This document shows positions 25,783-35,784 of a stretch of 64,000 bases of DNA, piece after piece. How positions within the stretch are numbered: the stretch's first letter is position 1; every line of letters begins with the position of its first letter. Source of the DNA: Lophium mytilinum (Eukaryota); the NCBI GenBank assembly GCA_010093605.1, contig MU004181.1, positions 1,550,001 through 1,614,000 on the forward strand, in the 5' to 3' direction. The notes beneath the pieces were generated by a model, which was given only the letters and a program-made list of their open reading frames with translations, was not told the origin of the DNA and did not search any database. A program made the translations under genes and the position numbers.

Positions 25783-26772
25783 TTATTCATCGACCTCTTC
25801 GTCATCGGTTCCCACACCATCAGTGTGTCCGCGAGTACTCCTTTCGCCGGCGTTACGTTCCACTTTCTTCCCCTTTCTAGTGCCGCCTCCGTGACCTTTC
25901 GTCTTGTCGTTCTTCTCGGTCAGCAGAGCCTTGAGGAAGTTGTTCTCCATCTCAAGTTGCGACACTTTCGACTCGAGTTCGGCAGCTCTATCTGCCTTTT
26001 CTTGCGCCATACGCTCCAACTCCATTTCACGGTGCTTCTTTTTGGCGCGGAAGCGAGCGCTGGCGGCCGTGTTGCGGAGACGTTTAGCTTCCTCGGAAGC
26101 ACGGGACGCGTCGTCGAGCGGGTGGGCCAGGTTGGGATCAGAGGGCAGAATAGGGTTGCGCCATTTGGTGGTCATCTGATCATAATCGGGCGAAATTGGC
26201 GGAGGAGAAGATGGCGACGGAGACATTGGCACGGCGTAGTTGCTCATGCCCGCCGACGGGAGCGTGGAGAGCTGCGGCTGGCGCGGTTGGTGGGAGGACT
26301 GAGCCATGTCGGCGGGAGCGACATGGAACTGGGAGAAATCTGTGGGTTGCAATGTTAGCTCGGGCGGTAGTTATAAAGACAGCCGGATCAGATGGTTATC
26401 GGTGAGGGTGACTGGGCAAGGGATGAATAGGCAACGCTGCATGCACGAGGGCCGGGCCCCGGCGCATCGCCGTCGTTCCCAACCAGCACCACCATCGGTG
26501 GAACCAGGGACGAAGCTCTAGTGCAGCCGCAGACGATTGGCCTATTCAAAAGCCTGTAAAACAAGATAACAAAAGGGGAGCTTGCTCGAATATAGTTTTC
26601 GGAGGAAGTCCTGGCGTACAGTACCATCTGTAAGTTGCCTTTCAGGGAAGGCCTCGAAGGGAGCATTTTGACGCCTCGTGTGCTCGTCACGGGCGGGCTG
26701 GTATGGCAGTGGAGGAGGAGGGCCCGGGATGCCGTCCGGGTCGTAGTTGTAGTACTCGTTGTTGCTGAACAT
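25783..26772 (-). CDS. bZIP transcription factor, Cys-3/MetR-like basic region, 2 exons
   Basis: EEAKRLRNTAASARFRAKKKHRE plus leucine zipper. Probable intron 26340-26624 (GTACTG...GCTAAC...CAG). The N-terminus does not resemble canonical MetR as I recall it, so it may be a paralog. Confidence 0.8.
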
Positions 26773-28310
26773 GGTGAACAGCCAACTCGTCTAGGGTGCA
26801 CAATGGACTGGCACTTGGCGGAGCGCAGAATCAGGGCACCGAGCCACTTTTGAAGGTGGACGTGTTGATGGTGGAGGAAGAATCTGGTGATAAGAACGGG
26901 CGTGCAGCCAAGTGTCTAGCTTGCAGCTCCGCTCACGCCGGATCAAGTCCGCCTTCGAAGAACGCATGGGTGGGTCCAGTGGCATCTCGCCAATTTTGAG
27001 GCGCTTTCTATAATGACCAGGATCGGAGACATGCTTGCAACGAATCGACGTGAAGAAGTTGCAAGCTTCGTAATTCAGCGGACGACGTTTGCTTTTCCCT
27101 ACCCGCCCTCCCCGCTCTCCCCAGCGTCGACGGTATCCCCCGAGGCTGGGGGAACGAAGCAGCACGCAAGTCATGTGCCTTGATCTGGGTTGCCTGCATG
27201 ATCAACACCCCAGACTCTAATGTCTCGCCTCGTAACACAGCGTGGGTGCCGAAGGGGGAACCCCACGGCGTCAGTGCCGCACTGCGGCAGCAAACCGCCG
27301 AGTTGAAGACGAAATGGTGGCGTCCTGGCTGCCACGTGGACTCGCTATCTGAACAATTCAAGTGTTGTGCATGGGGAGCCTGCCAACCGGTCTACTGCAC
27401 TCGTGCTGCCCCAAACCGGCCAGGCTAGGTGTTGCAAGAACCCGCTGAGCAGTGGACCGCAACCCGCGCTCGAAGAACTGTGAGACCGCCGCAAGCCGAA
27501 TTCTCTCTTTCCTGGACGGGAGGCCCCTCGGCCCGGTCCATCTTACGCTCTAAATGTAACCTTGGCCCGCCATGGGGGCAAATCCGCTGCATCGATGTAT
27601 GTAAAAACGTGGGCTGGGCTTGCTCAACACGTAAAACTCCAGCTCGGTCCCGCTGCAACTTCCCACGCTGGCCGAGCTAGCAGGGCCTCCTCGGCTTGCC
27701 GCAAGGGTGCAGGCAGTGAGGCAGCTCACCGGCTGGCAGCCCAGCGGTCGCGCCATTTGATCGTCTCGCAACAAACAGAACGGCCGAAGGAAAGTGTTTA
27801 GAACGACAGGTCAGTGGGCACAAAGAGGCAGACTACGGCAGCGGCAGCTAAGAGCATAGCTCCGATGATGCCATGGTACGGCCTTGATAGGGCTTCGACG
27901 GCCCTCAAGCACGCCATATGCAGGGTGTTTGTAGCAATTCGGTTGGCGAGTGATGCAACACGAAGCCCGCCGAGCTGGGATGAGGCGTGTGCGGAGGCTG
28001 CACGGCAGGCCGTGACAAAGAAAGCTTGCTCGTGCTAGGAGGGCTGGAGCCCCTTCGGCCTAATTGAAGCTGGTGTTGATCTGATGCCTGCGCCGCCCTG
28101 GCCGGAACTGACGTCCTGACGTTCAGACGAAAAGCCACTAGCCCGCGTGCAGTTAGCGCTACCGTTTGGTATGGCGGCTACGCAGACGCCGTATATCTGG
28201 CCACGATCGCGGCCAACCACCTGGGCTCCAATGCCACCAATGCCTGCATGTGCTCATGTTCATGCGCTTTGACTTGCTGCATTGCGTCTATGGCGTCCAA
28301 TGTTCTGTCC

Positions 28311-28615
28311 GCAAGCAATTGATAAGCTCTCCTTTGACCTCACTCTTAGTATCTATGTCCGGGCGGCATTGGCCTCGGACGCAGAGGGAGAAGGGGAATA
28401 AGTCGAACATGGACGCGACTATGTTAGGTCGTAGGTGCTTGCGGGATTGCATTCAGCCTTTATCGACAAACAATCAATAAGCTCTCCTTTGACCTTATTC
28501 ATGGCATCTATGTCCAGGCGGCCTTACCCCCGGATGCAGAAGGTTAAGGGGAACAGGTCGGACGTGGACGCGAATATACTAGGTCGGAGGTACCTGCGAA
28601 CAGCATTCTTAGCTC
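28311..28615. repeat. Diverged tandem duplication, 155-bp period, 2 copies
   Basis: ATAAGCTCTCCTTTGACC occurs at 28322 and 28477. Hand alignment of 132 nt is ungapped with 28 differences. Confidence 0.9.
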
Positions 28616-28696
28616 TATGTATGGCCTCGAGCCTATGAAAGGAGAAACAACACAGCACTGCGCAGCCTCGCCTCGCCTCGCTGCCAACCGCTAGTG

Positions 28697-29917
28697 TCAG
28701 TCTCTCGGTAGTCGAGAGCTCGACGCCAAACGGAGCACACTGTATCTCTTGTTCAGCTCTTCGGGACATCGAAACTCGACATGAAATGGAACATCCGTCA
28801 TTGTCTCATCTGGCTCAGGAGTCCCTTCTTGGAACCTCAACCGCCTGCAGTCCGAATATCTAGTGAAATTATCGAATAGCGACGGGATCTGGTTGGCCAT
28901 GGCTCGATCCTGCGAGCCTGTCTGTTTCTCCATCGCGAGCTGGATCTTGTAGGCCGAATCCCTCTGCAACGCATGCTCTTTCTCATTCACGTCCTTCCAC
29001 TCATCAGATGGGAAGTTCGGGGTGAACCTTTGAACTGCATTGTCCTTTCCCAACCATGCCTGGAGGGAATTGTCTCGGATGTAGTTTTTTGACTCCGGGT
29101 TGGCAGGATCCTGAATGCACCACTGCTGCCAGAAAATGGAGGGCCCTTCGTGAAGAATATACCACGTCATCCAGGAGTTTCCTCGCCGCAAAAGTCGCTG
29201 TCCATCTATACCATGGCCCCAGTCGAAGATCCACGGAATATAGTCTTCGATGTTATTAGTAGACAGAGACATCCGAAAGACCGACGACAAGAGTAAGAAC
29301 ATCAGCTTATAGTCCTTAGCAGAGCTCTCCGTCAAAGATGCGATGTATACCAGTCGTCTCTCCAGCGCTTGGCGTTCGCGAGCTTCTGCAAGTGCATATC
29401 TAGATCGCGTAAGACTAAACAATGCCAAGCCCAGCTCTTTCGTTGATAGTCCGAGGGCGCCCGGCTTGAGTTTGTAAACTTCTTGAGAGATAGCTGACAG
29501 CTTCTGTAGCACACGCCATCCATTCGCAACTCTTGCCCGCAAGTCATCTCCCCATGGATCTTCAGCCGGTATGCCATATCTCGTGTTTCCCCAATCGTGC
29601 GCAAATCTGTGCCGGTCAACTAGAATTGCGGCCAGTTGTTGTGGGATCAATTGTTTGAGCCATGCAAATGTGTATTTTCCATCCACCGGACGATTCAGGA
29701 GGCGTATTGCGTTGGGGAGGGTTCGACGCGCTACGGCTGGGCCGATCGTTGTGATATAGGCGAGTATGATGGCCCAAATTCTGCGATTTGTGAGACGGAG
29801 GTAGAAGAGGTCGTCGATTTGACATTGCGAGATGATCAGAATGACCACGTCGTCAGGGAGCCGGTCCAGACCGGAAGGGCCAGATTTGGGGGCAGTTCGG
29901 ACCCATGATGATACCAT
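28697..29917 (-). CDS. Hypothetical protein with N-terminal F-box-like motif
   Basis: 406-aa ORF containing LDRLPDDVVILIISQCQIDDLFYLRLTNRRIWAII. Confidence 0.7.
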   Translation of the reverse strand: MVSSWVRTAPKSGPSGLDRLPDDVVILIISQCQIDDLFYLRLTNRRIWAIILAYITTIGPAVARRTLPNAIRLLNRPVDGKYTFAWLKQLIPQQLAAILVDRHRFAHDWGNTRYGIPAEDPWGDDLRARVANGWRVLQKLSAISQEVYKLKPGALGLSTKELGLALFSLTRSRYALAEARERQALERRLVYIASLTESSAKDYKLMFLLLSSVFRMSLSTNNIEDYIPWIFDWGHGIDGQRLLRRGNSWMTWYILHEGPSIFWQQWCIQDPANPESKNYIRDNSLQAWLGKDNAVQRFTPNFPSDEWKDVNEKEHALQRDSAYKIQLAMEKQTGSQDRAMANQIPSLFDNFTRYSDCRRLRFQEGTPEPDETMTDVPFHVEFRCPEELNKRYSVLRLASSSRLPRD

Positions 29918-30318
29918 TGTCCCTGCGTCTTGTCATGAAGCGTAGCAGCTGGGGGGACGGCGCAACGGCTGGGAGAGGAAAAAAGGGGTCTTTTAGTGAT
30001 TGGATGCTGGCAGTCCGGCAGTACTCCGAGGATATTCGAATTACCAAGGCGCTATCGATAAGATCGATCAAGGGTCCGCTGGAGCAGGGGCTACCCTGCA
30101 GGGCTGCCTCACCACCAAACGCACGTCACTCGGGCATTTCGGTGAATGTCACGATCAAGCGCTCCAGTTCACACACTTTCACCCCTCACGTGACCTTTTA
30201 CTTGTTCTTATATTAGCATTGGGAACAACTATTCAGTGGCCCTGCTCGCGTTTCTCCCCCACCTCCAGCCTACAGTACCCTCTTTCACTGGACAGCACAC
30301 GACCCCGCCAATATCGCC

Positions 30319-31640
30319 ATGAGGCTCCTCAAGCAACAGATCGACAAAAAGAATGGTTCGGGCTTTGCAGTGCTTCTCCCAGAGGAGCCAGAGGATATGG
30401 TATACACCAGCTCTCCAGCGATCCTTCACATGGACTCCAATACTGACATCATCCAAAGTGGCACGCCTACAACCTCATTCAGCCCAACGACTTCCTCCGC
30501 GCTCGCGCAATGCGCCGGATAACCAAAGAATCCGAGTCCGGGTCCGTCACTTCGGTGCGTGTGCCTATCGACCTGACAATCATGGTCAGCTCGACCGACT
30601 TCGACGTCGGCTCCGGCCAGCTGCATGTTGCCGGTAAGGTGTCCGCCGAAAACGAGCACGTCAAGCTGGGGAGCTTCCATACCCTGGACTTGGAGCTGCA
30701 GCGGAAATTCACACTGGAGAAGGCAGATGGGTGGGATAGCGTGGCCATCGAGATGCTCAAGGAGGCCGTAGACACGAGTAAGAGAGCACAGGTTTACGCT
30801 GTGGTGATGCAAGAGGGGCTAGCCAACGTGTGTTTGATCACCGAGCATCAGACTATACTACGGCAGAAAGTGGAGGTGGCGATACCTAGGAAACGAAAGG
30901 GGGGTATCGATGGTCATGACAAGGTACGTCTAACACATATTTCTGCCTGAAAGACTTAGACTAACGGAATTCTTTATTAGGGTCTCGACAGATTCTTTAC
31001 TACTCTTCTGCGAACGCTTTTAAACCACATCGACCTCCCATCCCAAACGCCACCATACACACCAGTTCTGCTCGCCTCGCCGGGCTTTCTCGCATCCGCC
31101 TTTCAAACATATATCAAGACCACCGCAACCGCAACAACTAACAAGCCGCTTCTTGCCCTCCTACCTTCTATTCTCATCGCACACTCCTCTTCAGGCCACC
31201 AGCACGCATTGACAGAAGTCCTGTCATCGCCTGCCGTACTAGCAAAACTAGCAGATACGAAGTACGCGCGCGAAACAGCACTCATGGACAAATTCTTCGA
31301 GCTCCTAAGAAAAGACGACGGTAGGGCATGGTATGGACCGAAAGAAGTAGAACAAGCGGTTGAAAAGGGGGCTGTGGGCCGCGGAGGCGGTGTCTTACTG
31401 ATATCGAATGCTTTGTTTAGAGCGCAGAACGTGGCGGAGAGAAAGCGATGGGTGAGTCTTGTTGATCGCGTCAAGGACGTTGAGGGCGGCGAGGTTCGCG
31501 TACTGAGCTCATTGCACGAAAGCGGGAAGAGGTTGGAAAGCTTGGGGAACGTGGCTGCTATCTTGACATTTCCACTAGAGGATCTTGACGAAGATGATGA
31601 AGAGGATGGAGGCAGAGCGGAAGGTGAAATGGAATTTTAG
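30319..31640 (+). CDS. DOM34: Pelota/Dom34 ribosome rescue factor, 3 exons
   Basis: PEEPEDM|WHAYNLI, HVKLGSFHTLDLE, VVMQEGLANVCLIT, LLASPGF, AWYGPKEV, HESGKRL...VAAILTFP. Confidence 0.95.
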
Positions 31641-31989
31641 AGAATCATGTTGTTGATGTGATATCCAACTAGTTATTCAACCAATCTTATGTGTATCAAG
31701 GCGAAAAGGAGCTATGTACCAAGACCTGTGTCCAACTCTCTCCCCAGTTAGCTACCAGGAAGGGAGCTACGGATATCAGAGGGCAGTAGCGAACCTCGGA
31801 GGAAAGCACATCCATAGTTGTGACATGCCCACTCCGTCTATTCTCGAGGCCATGTGTTAGTTTGCGTTCCTTGAAATATGGTGTCCAAGACCACTCACCT
31901 CTTGCAGTCTCGAGTCCTGTTCACTGACGGTTCCACCTCCACAGAAGACCTCGAGCTCTATCCAATGCCAGAGATCTACATCCAGGCTT

Positions 31990-33693
31990 TCAACCAAACT
32001 GTGTGGAGAAAGACTCATCATCATCTAAGAACGAGAAAACGTCCTGAGTTGAGATTCCCAGTTCTTTGAGCGATGGGTCTAGTCGAGTGTGCTCGGGCTT
32101 GTAGAGCGACGAAGAACGGCCTTGACGAGGGGCTGGACCTGTCTTGCCCTGGTGGTTAGCGGCCGATAGAGCATGCCGAGGAGGAGGCGGCATTGAAAAT
32201 GTAACGCCGTAGCTCTCCTCGCGGGAAGGTTCCTTCTTCGGGAGAATCTTGTTGTCCTGGGACCTGAGTTCCTCCAAGTCTTCGGCGGAGAAATCGAGAT
32301 CCTGGGTGCAAAAGCTGAAACCAAAGCTCATCTTAGGTGAGTTCATGGGTGAGACTGTCGTGTCTGCGGACAATTCTCGCGCGATTTGCGTGCCGCTGGT
32401 CAGGAAGTCATCCCAACAATCCATGTCAACCGCGAGATTCGAGTCTCTGGGGGTGGAAGAAGGTAGTGATTTGGAGGTTCGCGGAGCTGGCTTTTTGAAC
32501 ACGTCCGCCTGTTTTGGGGTATTATAAACACTCTTCAGAGCAATATCTTCGAGAGAGCGTTCAACTTCATGCGCTGCTGTAAGGAGTGATTGCGTCTTGG
32601 TAGGCGAAGAGTCCGTAATCACCTTGACAGGGAACTGCGTCCGAGTGTAGGTAAATTGAGCATCGTTCTTGTAACGCGCTGCAAACGGTATCCGAGTGAG
32701 GAATGTCTTCCTTCCCTGTAGATGCCCATCTACATATATGCCGTCCAGTCGCTCCTTCTTGATCTCAACAATCCGCACATGACTGCCCCTAGACAATTGG
32801 CAACTAGAGTCTAAGCCTCGCAGCAGGGCAACAGTACAACCAACTTTTAACCGAAGCCTATGCAAAGGTAGTTCTGGATGTTTCAGCTTGTAAAGCAGTG
32901 CAGGGTTGGGGTCCCATTTGACTTTGTTGGTAGATGCATCTTCCGACAGCAGTTCAACCAACGGTCCCGGGAGCGCTTCAAACAGGCGTTCGATCGTCTT
33001 GTCTATTGGACCGTGCAAACGGACAAACAAAGCCTCATCTGGTGGACGGGGTGTACTAGTTCGCGGTGTCTGCAGAATAGCTCCCGCCGAAGAAGGTCGA
33101 GGCATGCTCGCATTTAACTTAGGCTCCTGGACAAAATCCATGAGGGTCTGATCATCTAAATCCCAAGGTTCTGGAGCTGTTTGTTTCTCGGCCTTTGATA
33201 GGGCTTTATCTTTTGTTGTTTCTAGTTTCCTAAAGCTGGTTGAGTTCAAGGGCTGCTCCTGGGGCTTCACGTCGAAATCTAAATCCTCATCCACGTCCCA
33301 CGGCTCGTTCTCAGATTCATCCATTAGCGCCTCGATTGTGTCGATTTCGACTTCCTTCTTCTCCGGAGCGGCTAATCTTCCGCACCGCAAAAAGGTCTCC
33401 ATTCCCGTCTTCAACCTCTTCTGCGTGTGACTGTATCCGGCTAGTTGGGTCGCCTTTCCTATTCCAAGTCGTTTTCTTGCTTGTCGCTCTTTCTCGTCTT
33501 TCTCTGCTTTTTTTGCTTTCGCTAATTTCTTTCGGGTCTCTAGTTCTTTGAGTCGGTCTGCCCGTTCTAGCTCAATTGCAGCACGCTCGATCTGTCTAAG
33601 TTCGCGATCCGAGAGCCGTGGGCCATTTTTCTTGAAATCGGCTTTGACCTGTTTCGCTGTCTGGGGGCGAACACGACCTGAAAGGACTGCCAT
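31990..33693 (-). CDS. Hypothetical protein: basic coiled-coil N-terminus, isolated Pif1/Helitron-type helicase 2B segment, disordered TQ-rich C-terminus
   Basis: 567-aa intact ORF; aa ~222-359 contain LPLHRLRLKVGCTVALLRGL...RIP...RTQFPV. Confidence 0.75.
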   Translation of the reverse strand: MAVLSGRVRPQTAKQVKADFKKNGPRLSDRELRQIERAAIELERADRLKELETRKKLAKAKKAEKDEKERQARKRLGIGKATQLAGYSHTQKRLKTGMETFLRCGRLAAPEKKEVEIDTIEALMDESENEPWDVDEDLDFDVKPQEQPLNSTSFRKLETTKDKALSKAEKQTAPEPWDLDDQTLMDFVQEPKLNASMPRPSSAGAILQTPRTSTPRPPDEALFVRLHGPIDKTIERLFEALPGPLVELLSEDASTNKVKWDPNPALLYKLKHPELPLHRLRLKVGCTVALLRGLDSSCQLSRGSHVRIVEIKKERLDGIYVDGHLQGRKTFLTRIPFAARYKNDAQFTYTRTQFPVKVITDSSPTKTQSLLTAAHEVERSLEDIALKSVYNTPKQADVFKKPAPRTSKSLPSSTPRDSNLAVDMDCWDDFLTSGTQIARELSADTTVSPMNSPKMSFGFSFCTQDLDFSAEDLEELRSQDNKILPKKEPSREESYGVTFSMPPPPRHALSAANHQGKTGPAPRQGRSSSLYKPEHTRLDPSLKELGISTQDVFSFLDDDESFSTQFG

Positions 33694-33966
33694 TGATGCA
33701 AATTTCTAGCACAGCATCATGAATGATGTAATTCGAATAGACGCTGTAGCGAAAAGGTGCGCTGTTGATGGAACTGTTACGTTGAGCGGTGGTGTGGATG
33801 AAACTTGTCGCGGAGTGCCTAGGCAACGGCTTCCCAACTGCAGAATACGCGAAAGTGTTGCGCCTTCACGTGACCTTGGGAAGAGCTCTGCCTAATCAAT
33901 TCACCTTGTTCCTCACCTCAACACCATCGCCATCTAAACATCGAGTCACCGGGAAATACAGCTCAG

Positions 33967-34896
33967 ATGGCTACAGATTCACAGCTCATTCCCCAGAAGC
34001 AGTATCGAAAGTCCTTTATTCCTCTTGAATCAAATCCGGACGTATTCACAGAGCTCATCCACGAACTCGGAGTGTCTTCCACTCTATGCTTCCAAGATGT
34101 GCTTTCACTTGACGATGAAGAGCTATTAGCATTTGTGCCTCGCCCTGCACTTGCGCTGGTTCTCGTGTTCCCGAGTTCAAGCACCTACGAAACACATGTA
34201 GCGGCGGACGAGGCTGCGCGACCGGACTATACTGGTAGTAGCGATGACGAAGATGTGAATTGGTTTAAGCAGACCATATATAATGCCTGTGGGCTTTATG
34301 GCATCCTGCATGCCGTTTGCAATGGGAAGGCACGTGAGCATATAGGTATGTGTGTTTCTTGGGATGCTTTAATGATAGACACCGGACAAGACCAGCCCAA
34401 GAGCCCTAACGGCTCAGTTCAATTGCTGCCAACCCCTGATTACGCATCTAAAGTGTGCCTACAATATGAGAATTGTAGTTTTAGAAACCCTCATCGAGGC
34501 CATAGGTCTAACATCATGATAGCACTCAACTCGACGCTTTCGGATCTACTGGCGAAAGGCTTGCTACTTGAGCCAGAGGCCCGAGCCAGAGTCCTAGAGG
34601 ACAGCGCGGAGCTAGAATCTGCATACAGGGTAGTCGCGCAGAAGGGAGACACAGAGCCACCCGAGAACCCGGAGGAAGTAGTGGACTTTCATTATGTCTG
34701 CTTTGTCAAGTCGCACAAGAACAACCATCTCTATGAGCTGGACGGGGACAAGAAGGGGCCAATTGATCGGGGTGCTATTGATGAGGACCAGGACATGCTT
34801 TCACAAGGAGGCTTGGAGCTGATACGGGAGTTCGTTGACCGCGAAAACGGCGGAAACATAAACTTCAGTCTCATGGCCTTGGTACCCGCAGGGTAG
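33967..34896 (+). CDS. YUH1: Ubiquitin C-terminal hydrolase (UCH-L3/Yuh1 family, peptidase C12)
   Basis: FIPLESNPDVF, KQTIYNACG (catalytic Cys), FHYVCFV, LYELDG. Intron 34346-34522. Confidence 0.9.
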   Translation: MATDSQLIPQKQYRKSFIPLESNPDVFTELIHELGVSSTLCFQDVLSLDDEELLAFVPRPALALVLVFPSSSTYETHVAADEAARPDYTGSSDDEDVNWFKQTIYNACGLYGILHAVCNGKAREHIGMCVSWDALMIDTGQDQPKSPNGSVQLLPTPDYASKVCLQYENCSFRNPHRGHRSNIMIALNSTLSDLLAKGLLLEPEARARVLEDSAELESAYRVVAQKGDTEPPENPEEVVDFHYVCFVKSHKNNHLYELDGDKKGPIDRGAIDEDQDMLSQGGLELIREFVDRENGGNINFSLMALVPAG

Positions 34897-35784
34897 GGTC
34901 CGAGCTGTTTAGGACAGACAGGAAGGGACATGCATGTAGGTGCGCTTGGAGTCACACTCTTTGTAGATTTCTCCAAAGAGCAAGAAGTGTGAACTATGAA
35001 GGACCGTAATTTGTCTTGCAACATGTGCACATGTGCCACGAGGGCACGAGGAAGCGGCCATACAACCTGACCCTCCACAAGACGCGGAGAACGAGGCTGC
35101 TCTTCGATGAAGAACTTGTAGGTGCGGTCTCCCTGAGAAGGAAGTGGCGCGCTTGTGCGATTGCGTAGGAGTAGAGGACGACTAGAAGTACGAGAGATGC
35201 CGCTTTCAATTTCATGGAAAGCAGTAGCTGATATGGTTCTGCCTGAATAGAAATCACAAAGTGCATTCCGTGGCCTCTTTGTATTGAGTTATGGATTGCT
35301 TGTTGCCAGTTTGTTGAAGCTGTGGCCAGGTGAAGAAATTCTTAAATCCCAAGCCCTCAAGCTTAGGCGGTCATTCTCTTCCAGCCTAGCGTGTTTTTCT
35401 GCCCTTATGTAATCACTCTTCGAATCTCCTCGTACAGCTTAGTGAAAGAATGGAAAAGGTTCTACTCGCAGTATTGGTTGCAAACTTGGATGTGACAGAT
35501 AGACTGAAAGAAGACTGTGCCCATGATCCGCGTATTCAAGGACCAGTTTCAGAGGCGCATTTACCGGAAACCTGCGTTGATGTAAGGTGAATGTGAAGTA
35601 TTGCGCCAAGCCACTAACCAATCTGGCGCTAGTGGCCCAGCCTGATCTGCCTCACCTCGCAACTCCTCGAGCTGCGACAGACCTGCAACCTTCCTTCCAT
35701 CTCGCAACTCATCGCGCTCTTCACTCACCTCCGCTCGCGCTTTGCTGTCTGCAATCAACCTCGTCGCTACGTCACGTCGCCAGC

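Noticed and set aside
28166..28638. Two similar ORFs suggesting a repeat protein
   Set aside because: They arise from the 155-bp duplication; substitutions are not enriched at third codon positions and the period breaks frame.
34370..34442. C/D-like boxes in the UCH intron
   Set aside because: The C box is degenerate (ATGATAG) and no rRNA target is recognisable.
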